Shown piece after piece: positions 35,756 to 47,214 of a DNA stretch of 64,000 bases; the stretch's first letter is position 1, and every line of letters starts with the position of its first letter. The notes beneath the pieces were generated by a model. The model was not told the DNA's origin, ran no database searches, and saw only the letters and a list, made by a program, of their open reading frames with translations. The translations under genes were made by a program, and so were the position numbers. Source of the DNA: an uncultured Gammaproteobacteria bacterium (GTDB lineage Bacteria > Pseudomonadota > Gammaproteobacteria > DRLM01); the NCBI GenBank assembly GCA_963729605.1, contig CAVSNY010000007.1, forward strand, positions 384,001 through 448,000, in the 5' to 3' direction.

Positions 35756-37192
35756 TTATTGCGCCGGCTCTTCCTCTTCCTCCTCGCCGTCCGCATCGCC
35801 CATGCCCAGTTCCTTGATCTTGCGGGTGAGGGTGTTGCGGCCCCAGCCCAATAATTTCGCGGCGTCTTGACGGCGGCCGCCGGTGTATTTGAGGGCGGTG
35901 TCGATCATGATCCGTTCGAAGGCGGGGGTGGCGGTGTCGAGCAGTTTGCTGTCGCCCGCCAGCAGGCGTTGTTCCGCCCATTGTTTCAGGCCTTCTTCCC
36001 AGCCGGCGCCGCCGCCGCGGCTGGGGGTTTGGTTTTTTAATTCGGGCGGCAAGTCCTCGAGGTGAATCTCGCGGCCGGAGGCCATCACCGTGAGCCAGCG
36101 GCAGGTGTTTTCCAATTGGCGAACGTTGCCCTGCCAATCGAGGCGGCTTAAATAGTCCGCCACGTCGGGGCGCAGGGTCTTCGCCTCCATCTCCAATTCC
36201 ACCGCGGCGCGTTTGAGAAAGTGGCGGGTGAGGATCGCGATGTCCTCGCGCCGTTCGCGCAGCGAGGGGATGTGGATGCGGATGACGTTGAGACGATGAA
36301 ACAAGTCTTCGCGGAACAGGCCGGCTTGCACCCGCTCCTCAAGGTTTTGATGCGTGGCGGCGATGATGCGCACATCGACCTTGATCGGTGTTTGTCCGCC
36401 GACGCGGTAGAACTCGCCGTCGGCCAGCACCCGCAGCAAGCGGGTTTGGCACTCGGGCGGCATGTCGCCGATTTCATCGAGAAATAAGGTGCCGCCGTCG
36501 GCCTGCTCGAAACGGCCGCGCCGCGCGGCGGTGGCGCCGGTGAAGGCGCCGCGTTCGTGGCCGAACAGTTCCGATTCCAACAAGTCACGCGGGATGGCCG
36601 CGGTGTTGAGGGCGATGAAGGGTTTGTCGGAGCGCGGGCTGTGGCGATGGAGGGCGTGCGCCACCAATTCTTTGCCGGTGCCCGATTCGCCGTTGATGAG
36701 CACGGTGATGTTGGAGCGCGACAGGCGGCCGATGGCGCGGAAGACTTCCTGCATGGCCGGCGCCTCGCCGATGATTTCGGTGGGCTTGCTGTCGCTGTCG
36801 TGGATCGGCGCGGTGCGGCGGCGGTGCTGGTTGATGGCGCGCCGCGCCAAGTCCACCGCGTCGTCCACGTCGAACGGTTTGGGCATGTATTCGAAGGCGC
36901 CGCCCTGATACGCGGACACCGCGCTGTCCAAGTCGGAGTGCGCGGTCATGATGATGACCGGCAAGTCGGGGTGGCGGCCGCGAATGGCGTCGAGCAGCGC
37001 CAGGCCGTCCATGCCCGGCATGCGGATGTCGGTGATGATGGCGTCGGGCGGTGCGCGGTCGAGGGCCTCCAGCACGCCGGCGGCGCTGTCGAATGAAGTG
37101 ACTTCCATCTCCGCCTGGCGCAGGGCCTTTTCCAAGACCCAGCGGATGGAGCGATCGTCGTCGATGACAAAAATGCGATTACTGCTGTTCAT
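35756..37192 (-). CDS. glnG: nitrogen regulation protein NR(I), NtrC
   Basis: REC domain, GESGTGKE, GAFTGA, LGWGRNTLTRK. Confidence 0.96.
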   Translation of the reverse strand: MNSSNRIFVIDDDRSIRWVLEKALRQAEMEVTSFDSAAGVLEALDRAPPDAIITDIRMPGMDGLALLDAIRGRHPDLPVIIMTAHSDLDSAVSAYQGGAFEYMPKPFDVDDAVDLARRAINQHRRRTAPIHDSDSKPTEIIGEAPAMQEVFRAIGRLSRSNITVLINGESGTGKELVAHALHRHSPRSDKPFIALNTAAIPRDLLESELFGHERGAFTGATAARRGRFEQADGGTLFLDEIGDMPPECQTRLLRVLADGEFYRVGGQTPIKVDVRIIAATHQNLEERVQAGLFREDLFHRLNVIRIHIPSLRERREDIAILTRHFLKRAAVELEMEAKTLRPDVADYLSRLDWQGNVRQLENTCRWLTVMASGREIHLEDLPPELKNQTPSRGGGAGWEEGLKQWAEQRLLAGDSKLLDTATPAFERIMIDTALKYTGGRRQDAAKLLGWGRNTLTRKIKELGMGDADGEEEEEEPAQ

Positions 37193-38267
37193 GATGGGTC
37201 TCTAGCGGTAGAAAAAGGGTGAAGACGGTTTTGCCGGGTTGGCTGCTGCATTCGATCAGGCCGCGGTGCTGGTTGATCAGGGCCTGGGCGATGGGCAGCC
37301 CCAGGCCGGTGCCGTCGGCGCGGGTGGTGACCATCGGGAAGAAAATATTTTCGATCATGTCCGGCGCGATGCCGGGGCCGTTGTCGATGACGTCGATGCG
37401 GATCGCCAGTTTGTGGCGGTGGTGGCCGAGGGTGACCTGGCGCACCGTGCGGGTGCGCAGGATGATTTCGCCCTGTTGCCCCACCGCCTGCAACGCATTG
37501 CGCACGATGTTGAGCGCTGCCTGGATGAGTTGGTCGGGATCGGCGGTGAAGTCCGGGATGCTGGGGTCGTAATCGCGGATGATGCGCACGCCGGGCGGCG
37601 CCTCGACCACGGCGAGGGTGCGCACCCGTTCTATCACTTGATGAATGTTGATGGTGCGTTGTTGCGGCAGGGCGTTGGGGCCGAGCATGCGGTTGAGCAG
37701 ATTTTGCAGGCGGTCGGCCTCGCCGATGATGATGCCGGTGTATTCCTTCAACGCCTCATTGTGCAGTTCGCGTTCGAGCAGTTGCGCCGCGCCGCGCAGT
37801 CCGCCCAACGGATTTTTGATCTCGTGGGCCAGGCCGCGCACCAGGGCGCGACTGGCGTGGTGCTGGGCGAGCAGGCTTTCCTCGCGGACGATACGCCGCT
37901 GCCGATCGACCCGCTGCAACTCCATCAGCAGCTCGGTGGTCAGGCGGGGTTCGTGCAGCGGGGTGACGGTGCAATCCGCGGTGAGGGAGCGGCCGTTCGA
38001 CAACAACAAACTCACTTCCCTTTCGGTGAAGGGATGGCCGGTGTCCAGGGTGTGCTGGCACGAGGCCACCAGTTCATGTTCGCCGATCAGCAAGTCTTTC
38101 AGGTTCAGCCCGTGCACTTGGCGGGTGCTGGCCGCCAACAGTACTTCGGCGGCCGGATTGAGATAGATGAGATTCAATTGGCGGTCGAACAGCAGGACCG
38201 CCATATTGAGGTTGTCCAAGATGCGTCGGGATATATCCATTTCTTGGGCACTTAATGCTTGCGTCAT
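37179..38267 (-). CDS. glnL: nitrogen regulation protein NR(II), NtrB
   Basis: GLAHEIKNPLGGLRGAAQLL, DNGPG, GTGLGL; start may be 38240. Confidence 0.95.
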   Translation of the reverse strand: MTQALSAQEMDISRRILDNLNMAVLLFDRQLNLIYLNPAAEVLLAASTRQVHGLNLKDLLIGEHELVASCQHTLDTGHPFTEREVSLLLSNGRSLTADCTVTPLHEPRLTTELLMELQRVDRQRRIVREESLLAQHHASRALVRGLAHEIKNPLGGLRGAAQLLERELHNEALKEYTGIIIGEADRLQNLLNRMLGPNALPQQRTINIHQVIERVRTLAVVEAPPGVRIIRDYDPSIPDFTADPDQLIQAALNIVRNALQAVGQQGEIILRTRTVRQVTLGHHRHKLAIRIDVIDNGPGIAPDMIENIFFPMVTTRADGTGLGLPIAQALINQHRGLIECSSQPGKTVFTLFLPLETHHEQQ

Positions 38268-38465
38268 AACACACCTTTAGCAAAATCCAAACCAATCGGT
38301 GGGAAATGGCCGCACCGCATCGGTTCGTCGCCCCCCTAGCCGGGCGCGGTAGTAATTTCAGTGAGTTGCTTGGGTGCGGGATTGCTTTAGTAGAGTGCGG
38401 GACGCCCGCTGTCGCCGCTCGGACCGCTGTTTCGCCGGATGAGCATAGCCGAAACGAAATGACAT

Positions 38466-38482
38466 TGCACCGAATCGGTGCG
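38466..38482. promoter_or_regulatory. NtrC-binding site upstream of glnL
   Basis: TGCACCGAATCGGTGCG versus consensus TGCACC-N5-GGTGCA. Confidence 0.6.
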
Positions 38483-38516
38483 GCCTGTCGAATGAGTGCG
38501 CCGTGGGAGGTCGTCG

Positions 38517-39038
38517 TTAGTTGCGGATGCTGATGCGTTGCAGGTGAAACGTGACGGTAGGCGAGGTGAGCAGGGCTTGGCCTTGTTTGGAATTGACGCT
38601 GGCGTTCACGGTGTGGGTGCCTCGATCGACGTTGTCGAGGGTGATCGTGTCCGTCGAGTCCTCGGCGACCAGGACACCGTCCAGATACACTGCGATTTGA
38701 TGACCCGCCTTTCTGATCAGCGGCGGGTCCAGCGCCACTTTGATCGTCACGGTCCCGGCGTTATCGCGCAAGGTGCTGTCCTGCGCCGGGCTTACGATCT
38801 CGATGCTGCGATAGGCCAGCGTCTTCTTGGTGGCCTCGGAGGCCTCCTCAGGTTCGGCCGGGGGTGGGATCGGCGCGGCGGGGATGAGCTGAATCGCCGG
38901 GAGTTGCGCCGGCGTGGCATTTTCAGAGGGGGGCTGGTCGGAATAAATCACCCTGCCGTCCGGAAGCACGGATTTGTACACCGCCGCGGACGCCGGGACG
39001 GCGAGGATCAACGCTAAAATGATGAACGGCACTTTCAT
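38517..39038 (-). CDS. DUF4124-like exported protein
   Basis: Signal peptide, VYKSVLPDGRVIYSDQP, NVDRGTH; typical position between glnA and glnL. Confidence 0.82.
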   Translation of the reverse strand: MKVPFIILALILAVPASAAVYKSVLPDGRVIYSDQPPSENATPAQLPAIQLIPAAPIPPPAEPEEASEATKKTLAYRSIEIVSPAQDSTLRDNAGTVTIKVALDPPLIRKAGHQIAVYLDGVLVAEDSTDTITLDNVDRGTHTVNASVNSKQGQALLTSPTVTFHLQRISIRN

Positions 39039-39086
39039 GGGAGCCCCTTTTGCCAGCATTTGTAGCGTGCCGGCGCGGTGCTTGTC

Positions 39087-39123
39087 AAAAAAAACGCCCC
39101 CGGGCGCGAAGCACGGGGGCGTG
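39087..39123 (-). terminator. intrinsic terminator after glnA
   Basis: ACGCCCCCG...CGGGGGCGT with T tract on minus strand. Confidence 0.75.
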
Positions 39124-39144
39124 GGTCACCGCGTAGGGCGGGGA

Positions 39145-40554
39145 TTAGAGGCTGTAGTACATGTCGTATTCGACCGGATGGGTGGTCATGCGGAACCGCG
39201 TGACTTCTTCCATCTTGAGTTCGATGTAGGCGTCGATCAGGTCGTTGGTGAAGACGCCGCCGCGGGTGAGGAACTCGCGGTCCTTGTCGAGGTGATCCAG
39301 CGCCATGTCCAAGGAATGGCAAACCTGCGGAACGGCCTTTTCTTCTTCCGGCGGCAGATCGTACAGATTCTTGTCCATCGCCTCGCCCGGGTGGATCTTG
39401 TTCTGAATGCCGTCGAGGCCCGCCATCATCATGGCCGTGAAGGCTAGATAGGGGTTGCAGGTCGGATCCGGGAAACGCACTTCGATGCGGCGCGCCTTCG
39501 GCGAGGGGACGAAGGGGATGCGGATCGACGCGGAACGGTTGCGGGCCGAGTAGGCCAGCATCACCGGGGCTTCGAAACCGGGGACCAGGCGCTTGTAGCT
39601 GTTGGTGCCGGGGTTGGTGATGGCGTTGAGGGCCTTGGCGTGTTTGATGATGCCGCCGATGTAATAGAGCGCCTCGTCGGACAGGCCGGCGTATTTGTTG
39701 CCCGCGAACAGGTTTTTGCCGTCTTTGGACAGCGATTGATGGACGTGCATGCCGCTGCCGTTGTCGCCGACCAGCGGTTTGGCCATGAAGGTGGCGGTCT
39801 TGCCGTAGGAGTGGGCGACGTTGTGCACCACGTATTTCAGCATCAGCACTTCGTCGGCCTTGCGCACCAGGGTGTTGAAGCGGGTGCCGATCTCGCATTG
39901 GCCGGCGGTGGCGACTTCGTGGTGGTGCACTTCGACGGGGATGCCCATCTCTTCCAAGGCCAGGCACATGGCGGAGCGGATGTCGTGCAAGGCGTCGACC
40001 GGCGGCACGGGGAAATAACCGCCCTTCACGCCGGGACGATGACCGATGTTGCCGTCGCCGAAGGTGGTGCCGGAGTTCCAGGAAGCCTCTTCGGAATCGA
40101 CCTTATAGAAGGCGCCGGAGATGTCGGCGCCCCAGCGCACGTCGTCCAGGATGAAGAACTCGGGCTCGGGGCCGAAGAAGGCGGTGTCGGCGATGCCGGT
40201 GGATTTCAGATAGGCCTCGGCGCGTTTGGCCAGGGAGCGCGGGTCGCGTTCGTAGCCCTGCATGGTGTGGGGCTCGAGGATGTCGCAACGGATGATGAGG
40301 GTGGGCTCGTCCATGAACGGGTCCATGATCGCGCTGTCCGCGTCGGGCATCAGCACCATGTCGGATTCCTGGATACCCTTCCAGCCGGCGATCGACGAGC
40401 CGTCGAACATCTTGCCGTCCTTGAACATTTCGTCGTCCGCGGTGTGGGCGGGAATCGAGACATGTTGTTCTTTGCCGCGGGTATCGGTGAAACGGAGATC
40501 GACGAACTTAACGTCTTTCTCTTTAATTAAAGTCAAAACATCAGATCCGGACAT
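39145..40554 (-). CDS. glnA: type I glutamine synthetase
   Basis: [28 protein letters not shown]. Confidence 0.98.
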   Translation of the reverse strand: MSGSDVLTLIKEKDVKFVDLRFTDTRGKEQHVSIPAHTADDEMFKDGKMFDGSSIAGWKGIQESDMVLMPDADSAIMDPFMDEPTLIIRCDILEPHTMQGYERDPRSLAKRAEAYLKSTGIADTAFFGPEPEFFILDDVRWGADISGAFYKVDSEEASWNSGTTFGDGNIGHRPGVKGGYFPVPPVDALHDIRSAMCLALEEMGIPVEVHHHEVATAGQCEIGTRFNTLVRKADEVLMLKYVVHNVAHSYGKTATFMAKPLVGDNGSGMHVHQSLSKDGKNLFAGNKYAGLSDEALYYIGGIIKHAKALNAITNPGTNSYKRLVPGFEAPVMLAYSARNRSASIRIPFVPSPKARRIEVRFPDPTCNPYLAFTAMMMAGLDGIQNKIHPGEAMDKNLYDLPPEEEKAVPQVCHSLDMALDHLDKDREFLTRGGVFTNDLIDAYIELKMEEVTRFRMTTHPVEYDMYYSL

Positions 40555-40647
40555 GTGAGAGCCCCTCCAACAGGTGCAATTAATATTTTTTTAAAACCAG
40601 CCATCTCGTTGCCGAGGTGGCGCCAAAAAGTTTGAATGCGTAATAAA

Positions 40648-40662
40648 GCATGTAGCATGCCA
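40648..40662 (-). promoter_or_regulatory. sigma54 promoter of glnA
   Basis: Minus strand TGGCATGCTACATGC (GG-N10-GC). Confidence 0.75.
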
Positions 40663-40725
40663 TTTAGAGAAGTCGTTGATGGGAAATATGTTCTGGTTTA
40701 AACACAGGGACGGCGAGCGGCTGAT

Positions 40726-40773
40726 AGCACCTAATTGGTGCACATCTTCTATCGTTTGCACCAAAAAGGCGTG
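40726..40773. promoter_or_regulatory. tandem NtrC enhancer sites
   Basis: AGCACCTAATTGGTGCA and TGCACCAAAAAGGCGTG. Confidence 0.75.
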
Positions 40774-40777
40774 ATCG

Positions 40778-41014
40778 TTAGGCCGGGCCTTTCAATATCC
40801 TTATGGTGATGACCAGTTCCTTATCGCCTTTCTGGGTATCTAGCACGCTATGACCGTTGATTCTGCACCACGCGGGGATGTCGCTCAAGGCCCCGGGGTC
40901 GGTGCAGATTACCTTGAGGGTGTCCCCGTCCGCAAGGGTCCGTATTTTGTTTTGGGTGCGAATCACCGGCATGGGGCACAGCAGGTTGCGGGCGTCCAAG
41001 ATGTGCTCGCTCAT
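40778..41014 (-). CDS. TusA-family sulfurtransferase
   Basis: LDARNLLCPMPVI, TDPG, DIPAWC; ATGA overlap with upstream gene. Confidence 0.9.
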   Translation of the reverse strand: MSEHILDARNLLCPMPVIRTQNKIRTLADGDTLKVICTDPGALSDIPAWCRINGHSVLDTQKGDKELVITIRILKGPA

Positions 41015-42054
41015 AGATGCCATTCCCGCGGTATTTCCTCGCTGGTAAACGGCGCGACGTCCAGTTCATAAGCGCGGCCGTCTTTTTCGGTCACCGCGAT
41101 GCGCACGCTGGCTTCGTCGCGGCCTTGGCAGTAGCGGGCGGTGAGCCGCGCCGCGAGCCGGATGTCGTCGGCGTCGGCGCTGCCGTCGATCAGGGCCAGC
41201 GAGCCGTTGTGGCCGGCCGGCCGCAGGTGGGTGAACTGGCGGCGATAACCTTCCAGAAAATTATTTTCGCCTTCTTCGCGGCCGATGATCAGTTTGAAGT
41301 GCGGCCGCGGCCGCAGATGGCGGCCCACCTTGAGCAGCATGATGTCGTCGAGCTCGTAGTGTTTGCCGGCCCCGGTTTGCCACAGGTCTTGCAGCTTGCG
41401 GGTGTAATTCGGATCGGTGAGAAAACAGCAGCCGCCGGCCGGTTGGGCGTATTCGCTGATTTTAAACTGGGCCGCCAGCGCCATTTGCGGTTTGCGCGAA
41501 CGGCCGCTGAATTTGAGCAGGCGTTCGCGGTCCACCCAGCCTTCGCGCTCGGGCAGGGTGGGCGGCAACAACTGGGCGCACAGCGGCCGCAACAAACGGT
41601 CGCCCGCGCCGGATTCCCGGGCGATGATGGGAAAGGTGTCGCGCCGCTGCGACATCGGCCGCTGGCCGAGCACTTCCCCGGTGATGATGAAGTCGAAGCC
41701 GTTCTCCTCCATCCAGCGATGGGCTTGTCCCACCATGAAACCCTTGCAGTCCAGACAGGGATTGAGGTGGGCGCCGTAACCGTGTTTTGGGTTGAGCACC
41801 ACGTCTTTATATTCTTCCACCACGTCGATGATGTGCAGCTTGATGCCGAGCTGTTCCGCCACCCACAGCGCGTTGTTGCGCTTGGGCTTGGCGCCCTCGT
41901 GTTTACGGATGGCGTGGGTGTGGCCCTCCACGCAAAAGCCGGTGAAGAAATTGATGCCTTCGACGTGCACGCCTTGCTCGAGGATGACTTGCGCCGCCAG
42001 CATGGAGTCGAGACCGCCGGAGATGAGCGCCACGGCTTTTCGGGGTGAGGTCAT
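41011..42054 (-). CDS. PP-loop tRNA thiouridylase-like protein (MnmA/ThiI-related)
   Basis: SGGLDS, NPCLDC, TGEVLGQRPMSQ, PAGGCC. Confidence 0.82.
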   Translation of the reverse strand: MTSPRKAVALISGGLDSMLAAQVILEQGVHVEGINFFTGFCVEGHTHAIRKHEGAKPKRNNALWVAEQLGIKLHIIDVVEEYKDVVLNPKHGYGAHLNPCLDCKGFMVGQAHRWMEENGFDFIITGEVLGQRPMSQRRDTFPIIARESGAGDRLLRPLCAQLLPPTLPEREGWVDRERLLKFSGRSRKPQMALAAQFKISEYAQPAGGCCFLTDPNYTRKLQDLWQTGAGKHYELDDIMLLKVGRHLRPRPHFKLIIGREEGENNFLEGYRRQFTHLRPAGHNGSLALIDGSADADDIRLAARLTARYCQGRDEASVRIAVTEKDGRAYELDVAPFTSEEIPREWHL

Positions 42055-42148
42055 GGGCGATTCGCGTTAGATCGGGGTGGAGGTGTGAGGGGCCGGAGAA
42101 TAGCAAAAAAGCGGGGGCGGGGGAATTCCCGCCGCCCCCGCCGCGGGA

Positions 42149-42727
42149 TCAGTGTCGGCGGTTGCCGTTTTTGCCGGTGACCGCGAGGGGCGTGGCGCCG
42201 GTGGCCCGCCGCAGGGTTTTCAGCGCCTGGGCGCTGCCGGTGTCGCGCCAGAGTTCGTAAGCCCGCAACGGATCGAGTTGTGGCGGCTGCCCCAGTTCGC
42301 GCATGGCTTGCAGGATGTCCATCAGGCTGACGAAGGCGGCGGCGAGGCGCTGGTACAACTCGGCGGCGCTGTTGCCGAGACGTTCAGCGAGCTGCTGGTA
42401 AGCCCCGCGGCCGAGATCGACGAAATAACTCACCTGCACCCGGCGGCGGGTGGCGCGTTCGGGGAACAGGCCGGAGTAGAGCAGGCATTTGTCGCCGACC
42501 TCGCGCAGTTGGTCTTGGGCCAGATGACCGGAGAGCTGCATGCCGCGCAGATAATCGAGCGCCAGCACGCTGCCGGCCAACTCGGGTTTTTCAGTGAAGC
42601 GGATCAGCAGGAAGACCAGATAACTCTCCATGTCTTCGTCGAGGGAGCGTTCGGCCGCGGCCTCCGCTTCATTGACCAGGGTGACCCATTCATCGGTGAC
42701 GTTTGCCCTTACCACAAAATTTTTCAT
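42149..42727 (-). CDS. conserved hypothetical protein
   Basis: ESYLVFLL, LREVGDKCLLYSGLFP; GGAGG RBS. Confidence 0.75.
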   Translation of the reverse strand: MKNFVVRANVTDEWVTLVNEAEAAAERSLDEDMESYLVFLLIRFTEKPELAGSVLALDYLRGMQLSGHLAQDQLREVGDKCLLYSGLFPERATRRRVQVSYFVDLGRGAYQQLAERLGNSAAELYQRLAAAFVSLMDILQAMRELGQPPQLDPLRAYELWRDTGSAQALKTLRRATGATPLAVTGKNGNRRH

Positions 42728-42940
42728 GATGGCCTCCGTTTCACTATAGATATCGGCTGCGCTACCGATGATTTAAGCAGCAACGAACGTGCCGGCCCGG
42801 CCTTGTGCCGGATCGATATTTAATACGACAATCGCTGGCGCGCGGAAAATGGATGAAGTGTGCGGCGCCGCCAGCCGGCTCCCCTCGATCGCGGGCGCCC
42901 GAAGTCGGTGATAAAAATGACTCAACTTAAGGAATGGCGT

Positions 42941-43939
42941 ATGCCGCGACTAACGAGCGAACAGGGACAAGTCCGTGGTGGCCGCATCAGCCGCTCGCCG
43001 AAGGGGCCGCGCGCCTTGTTCGGTTTGGCGATCCTGGCCGGCTGCTCCACGGCGGTTTCGGCCGCCGACGTGGAGGCGGATGCGTCTTTCGGGCTCGGTT
43101 ACCGCGACGCCGAACTGATGTGGAATATCGCCGGTACCCTGGCCGGGACGCAGCCCAATATCCTCTCCGAGCTCAGGTGGAAAGACTTGCAGATAGCGGA
43201 GGTGCACGCCGCCGGTGAAGTGGACGTGGATAAGCGTCTTTTGCTGCGCGGCCGCGCCGCTTACGGCGAGGTGGTCGAGGGCGAAAATCAAGATTCCGAT
43301 TACGCCGGTGATAACCGCACCCTCGAATTCAGCCGCTCCAATAATAAAGGCGGCGGTCAGGTGGGCGAGGCCACCCTGGGCGTGGGTTATCAATTTTGGT
43401 GGTATGACGGCACCGTGGGCCGCTACGCGCGCTTCACGCCGATGTTCGGTTATGCCTGGCGCGGCCACTATCTGACCATCCGTGACGGCAGGCAAACCAT
43501 CCCGGCCGGCGCCGCGGGGCCCATCGCCGGTCTCGACTCGCGTTACGACGCCGAGTGGCAGGGGCCGTGGCTGGGTTTTACCATGCTGATGGATGCCACC
43601 GATCGCACCCGCGTGACGCTGGATGTGGAATATCACTACGCCGATTATCGCGCCGAGGCCGATTGGAATCTGCGTACCGATCTCGCCCATCCGGTGAGCT
43701 TCCTTCATGAAACCCGCGCCACCGGCGTGGTGGTGGGATTGGAGGTGCGTCACGACCTCACCCCCTCTTGGGCGATCACCACCCGCTTCGAATCGCAGAA
43801 TTTCGAAGGCGAAGCGGGGCTCGATACCGTCAACCTGATCGATGAAGACACCGGCGCGCTGAATCCGACGGTGACGCGCTTCAATACCGCGAAATGGGAG
43901 TCGTTGACCGCCACCCTCATGGCCACTTGGCGTTTTTGA
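42941..43939 (+). CDS. outer-membrane beta-barrel protein (omptin-like)
   Basis: Signal peptide, PNILSELRW, terminal WRF. Confidence 0.7.
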   Translation: MPRLTSEQGQVRGGRISRSPKGPRALFGLAILAGCSTAVSAADVEADASFGLGYRDAELMWNIAGTLAGTQPNILSELRWKDLQIAEVHAAGEVDVDKRLLLRGRAAYGEVVEGENQDSDYAGDNRTLEFSRSNNKGGGQVGEATLGVGYQFWWYDGTVGRYARFTPMFGYAWRGHYLTIRDGRQTIPAGAAGPIAGLDSRYDAEWQGPWLGFTMLMDATDRTRVTLDVEYHYADYRAEADWNLRTDLAHPVSFLHETRATGVVVGLEVRHDLTPSWAITTRFESQNFEGEAGLDTVNLIDEDTGALNPTVTRFNTAKWESLTATLMATWRF

Positions 43940-44024
43940 GCGCCGTCGCGCTACATAAGCGCGGCCGCCCACGTTATAATCCCTCCCTTTTTAGCCATTC
44001 CCGATTCGTAACCGAGCCGCCGCC

Positions 44025-44975
44025 ATGCCTCACACCGCCGGCGCGTCCCCAGCGGCGCGCGATGTCGTCACCTTCCAGGGTTTGATCCTGGTCCTGCAGG
44101 AATACTGGGCCGCCCAGGGCTGCGTGATCCTGCAACCCTACGACATGGAAGTGGGCGCGGGCACCTTTCACCCCGCCACTTTTTTGCGCGCGATCGGTCC
44201 CGAGCCCTGGCGCGCCGCCTACGTGCAGCCTTCGCGGCGTCCCGCCGACGGCCGTTACGGCGACAACCCCAATCGCCTGCAACACTATTATCAGTTTCAA
44301 GTGGTACTCAAGCCGTCGCCGCTGGCGATACAGGATTTGTATCTCGGCTCCTTGCGCCGGCTCGGCCTCGATCCGCTCACCCACGACATCCGCTTCGTCG
44401 AAGACAATTGGGAATCACCGACCTTGGGCGCGTGGGGTCTCGGCTGGGAGGTGTGGCTCAACGGCATGGAAGTCACCCAGTTCACCTATTTCCAACAGGT
44501 CGGCGGCCTCGATTGTTTTCCCGTCACCGGCGAGATCACCTACGGCCTCGAACGCATCGCCATGTATCTGCAAGGCGTGGAGAGCGTCTTTGATTTAGTG
44601 TGGACCGACGGCCCCGCCGGCAAGGTCACCTACGGCGATGTGTTCCATCAAAACGAGGTGGAGATGTCCACCTACAACTTCGAACACGCCGACACCGCCG
44701 CGCTGTTCGGCTGGTTCGACACCTGCGAAAAAGAGAGCAATAAATTGATCGAGGCCGGCTTGCCGCTGCCCGCGTATGAAATGGTGTTGAAGGCCTCGCA
44801 CACCTTCAATCTGCTCGACGCGCGCCGCGCCATCTCCGTCACCGAACGGCAGCGCTACATCTTGCGGGTGCGCGCGCTGGCGCGCGCCGTCGCCGCGGCG
44901 TATTACGCGCGGCGCGAGGCGCTGGGATTCCCGATGGCGTCGCAGTCGCAGTCGCAGGAGGTGGCCGGTGGCTGA
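44025..44975 (+). CDS. glyQ: glycine--tRNA ligase alpha subunit
   Basis: [25 protein letters not shown]. Confidence 0.98.
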   Translation: MPHTAGASPAARDVVTFQGLILVLQEYWAAQGCVILQPYDMEVGAGTFHPATFLRAIGPEPWRAAYVQPSRRPADGRYGDNPNRLQHYYQFQVVLKPSPLAIQDLYLGSLRRLGLDPLTHDIRFVEDNWESPTLGAWGLGWEVWLNGMEVTQFTYFQQVGGLDCFPVTGEITYGLERIAMYLQGVESVFDLVWTDGPAGKVTYGDVFHQNEVEMSTYNFEHADTAALFGWFDTCEKESNKLIEAGLPLPAYEMVLKASHTFNLLDARRAISVTERQRYILRVRALARAVAAAYYARREALGFPMASQSQSQEVAGG

Positions 44976-47037
44976 GACGCGCGATTTATTGGTCGAGATC
45001 GGCACCGAGGAATTGCCGCCGAAGGCGCTGCGCCGTCTCGCCGAGGCCTTCGCCGACGGCGTGCGCGCCGGCCTCGCCAAACACGACTTGCGCCACGGCG
45101 AATTGCGCTATTACGCGACCCCGCGCCGGCTCGCGGTGATGGTGCGCGCCCTGCCGGTGACGCAGGGCGATCGGGTAGTGGAACGGCGCGGCCCGGCCTT
45201 GAGCGCGGCCTTCGACGACGAGGGCAATCCCACCAAGGCCTCGCTCGGTTTCGCGCGCTCCTGCAATGTCGCGGTCGATGCCCTGGAGCGTTTGGAGACC
45301 GAACAAGGCGCGTGGCTGGTGTGCCGCAGCGTGCAGCGGGGCGTCGCGACCCGCGAACTCATTCCGGCCATCGTCGAATCGGCTTTGTCCGCGTTGCCGG
45401 TGCCGAAGCGCATGCGCTGGGGTGATCTCCGCGCCGAATTCGTGCGGCCGGTGCACTGGCTGGTGTTGCTGTTCGGCGATGAGGTAATCGATGCGGAACT
45501 GTACGGCGTGTCCGCCGGGCGCGAGACCCGCGGCCATCGTTATCATCACCCCGCGCCGATGTATCTCGCCGAGCCCGCGGTCTACGCGCCGCTGCTGGAG
45601 ACCGAGGGTCATGTGCTGGCGGATTTCGCCGAACGCAAAGAGGCGATCCGCGGTCAGATCGCCGAGACCGCGCGCGCGGCGGGCGGCGCGGCGGTGATCG
45701 ACGAGGCCCTGCTCGACGAAGTGACCGCGCTGGTGGAATGGCCGGTGGCCTTGCTCGGCGACTTCGAGGCGCGTTTTCTCGCGTTGCCGCCCGAGCCGCT
45801 GATTTCGACGATGAAGGGCAATCAGAAATATTTTCACGTGGTCGATGCCGCGGGAAAATTGCTGCCGCACTTCATCACCGTGTGCAACATCGAAAGCCGC
45901 GATCCCGCCCAGGTGCGCGCCGGCAACGAGCGGGTGATCCGCCCGCGCTTCAGCGACGCGGCGTTTTTCTGGGAACAGGATCGCCGCCAGACTTTGGAGC
46001 AGCGCGTCGATACGCTCAAGACCGTGTTATTCCAGGCCAAGCTCGGCAGCGTCTACGACAAGTCGCAGCGCACCGCCGCGCTGGCCGGCGAAATCGCCGC
46101 GCAGCTCGGCGCCGACCGCGCGCTGGCCGAACAGGCGGCGCGTCTCGCCAAATGCGATTTGTTAACGAATATGGTGAACGAGTTTCCCGAGTTGCAGGGT
46201 TTGATGGGCCGTTACTACGCCTTGGCGGAAGGGCTGCCCGCGGAGTTGGCCGAGGCGCTCGATGAACAATACCTGCCGCGCCAGGCCGGCGACCGTCTGC
46301 CCGCCACCGCCACCGGCCGCGCGCTCGCGATCGCCGACAAGCTCGATACCTTGGTGGGCATCTTCGCCATCGGCCAGGTGCCGAGCGGCGACAAAGATCC
46401 TTACGCGCTGCGCCGCGCCGCGCTGGGCGCGCTGCGCATCATCATCGAATGCGCGCTGCCGCTGGATGTGGAGGCCTTGCTCAAACGCGCCGCGCACAGT
46501 TACGGCGGCGTGGCCGCCGCCGGTGTCGCGGATGCGGTATTCGATTTCATGATGGAACGGCTGCGCGCCTATTATCTCGACGCCGGCATCCGCCCCGATG
46601 TCTTCGAGGCGGTGCTCGCCAACCGGCCGACCCGGCCCCATGATTTCGACCTGCGCATCCGCGCCGTCGCGGTGTTTCGCGACTTGCCGGAGGCGGAGAG
46701 CCTGGCGGCGGCCAACAAGCGTATCCGCAATCTACTCAAGCAGGCGGAAGGCGAAGCCGCCGCCGTGGTGCAGGCGGACCAGTTGCTGGAACCCGCCGAG
46801 CGCGCGCTGCATCAGCAATTGAGCGCCCTGCGCGACGAGGTGTCGGCTTTATTCGATGCCGGCGACTACACCGCCGCGTTGCGCCGCCTGGCGAGTCTTC
46901 GCGCAGCGGTGGATGTCTTCTTCGACACGGTGATGGTGATGACCGACGACGCGGCGCTGCGCCGCAACCGCATCGCCTTGCTGGCGGCGCTGCACGGCCT
47001 GTTCTCGCGCGCGGCGGATTTGTCGCGTTTGCAGTGA
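44968..47037 (+). CDS. glyS: glycine--tRNA ligase beta subunit
   Basis: [26 protein letters not shown]. Confidence 0.97.
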   Translation: MAETRDLLVEIGTEELPPKALRRLAEAFADGVRAGLAKHDLRHGELRYYATPRRLAVMVRALPVTQGDRVVERRGPALSAAFDDEGNPTKASLGFARSCNVAVDALERLETEQGAWLVCRSVQRGVATRELIPAIVESALSALPVPKRMRWGDLRAEFVRPVHWLVLLFGDEVIDAELYGVSAGRETRGHRYHHPAPMYLAEPAVYAPLLETEGHVLADFAERKEAIRGQIAETARAAGGAAVIDEALLDEVTALVEWPVALLGDFEARFLALPPEPLISTMKGNQKYFHVVDAAGKLLPHFITVCNIESRDPAQVRAGNERVIRPRFSDAAFFWEQDRRQTLEQRVDTLKTVLFQAKLGSVYDKSQRTAALAGEIAAQLGADRALAEQAARLAKCDLLTNMVNEFPELQGLMGRYYALAEGLPAELAEALDEQYLPRQAGDRLPATATGRALAIADKLDTLVGIFAIGQVPSGDKDPYALRRAALGALRIIIECALPLDVEALLKRAAHSYGGVAAAGVADAVFDFMMERLRAYYLDAGIRPDVFEAVLANRPTRPHDFDLRIRAVAVFRDLPEAESLAAANKRIRNLLKQAEGEAAAVVQADQLLEPAERALHQQLSALRDEVSALFDAGDYTAALRRLASLRAAVDVFFDTVMVMTDDAALRRNRIALLAALHGLFSRAADLSRLQ

Positions 47038-47214
47038 AGCAAGAAATAAATGGACCACCGAGGACCCGGAGCAGCCGTGTGTTGAAGTCTGGAATCGTAC
47101 TGACTCGGGCCAAGGTGCGGCATCCTACGCCGCTTATCCGCGTGCGCAACATGCCGGCGTTGGTTATTCGTTCCACGTGCGTTATGCCCTCCGCGGCAAA
47201 GGTTGATGCTTAAC

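Noticed and set aside
47040-47200. Intergenic gap between glyS and gmhB containing GTTATGC
   Set aside because: No matching RYYYAAC box or inner inverted repeat, so it is not an attC.
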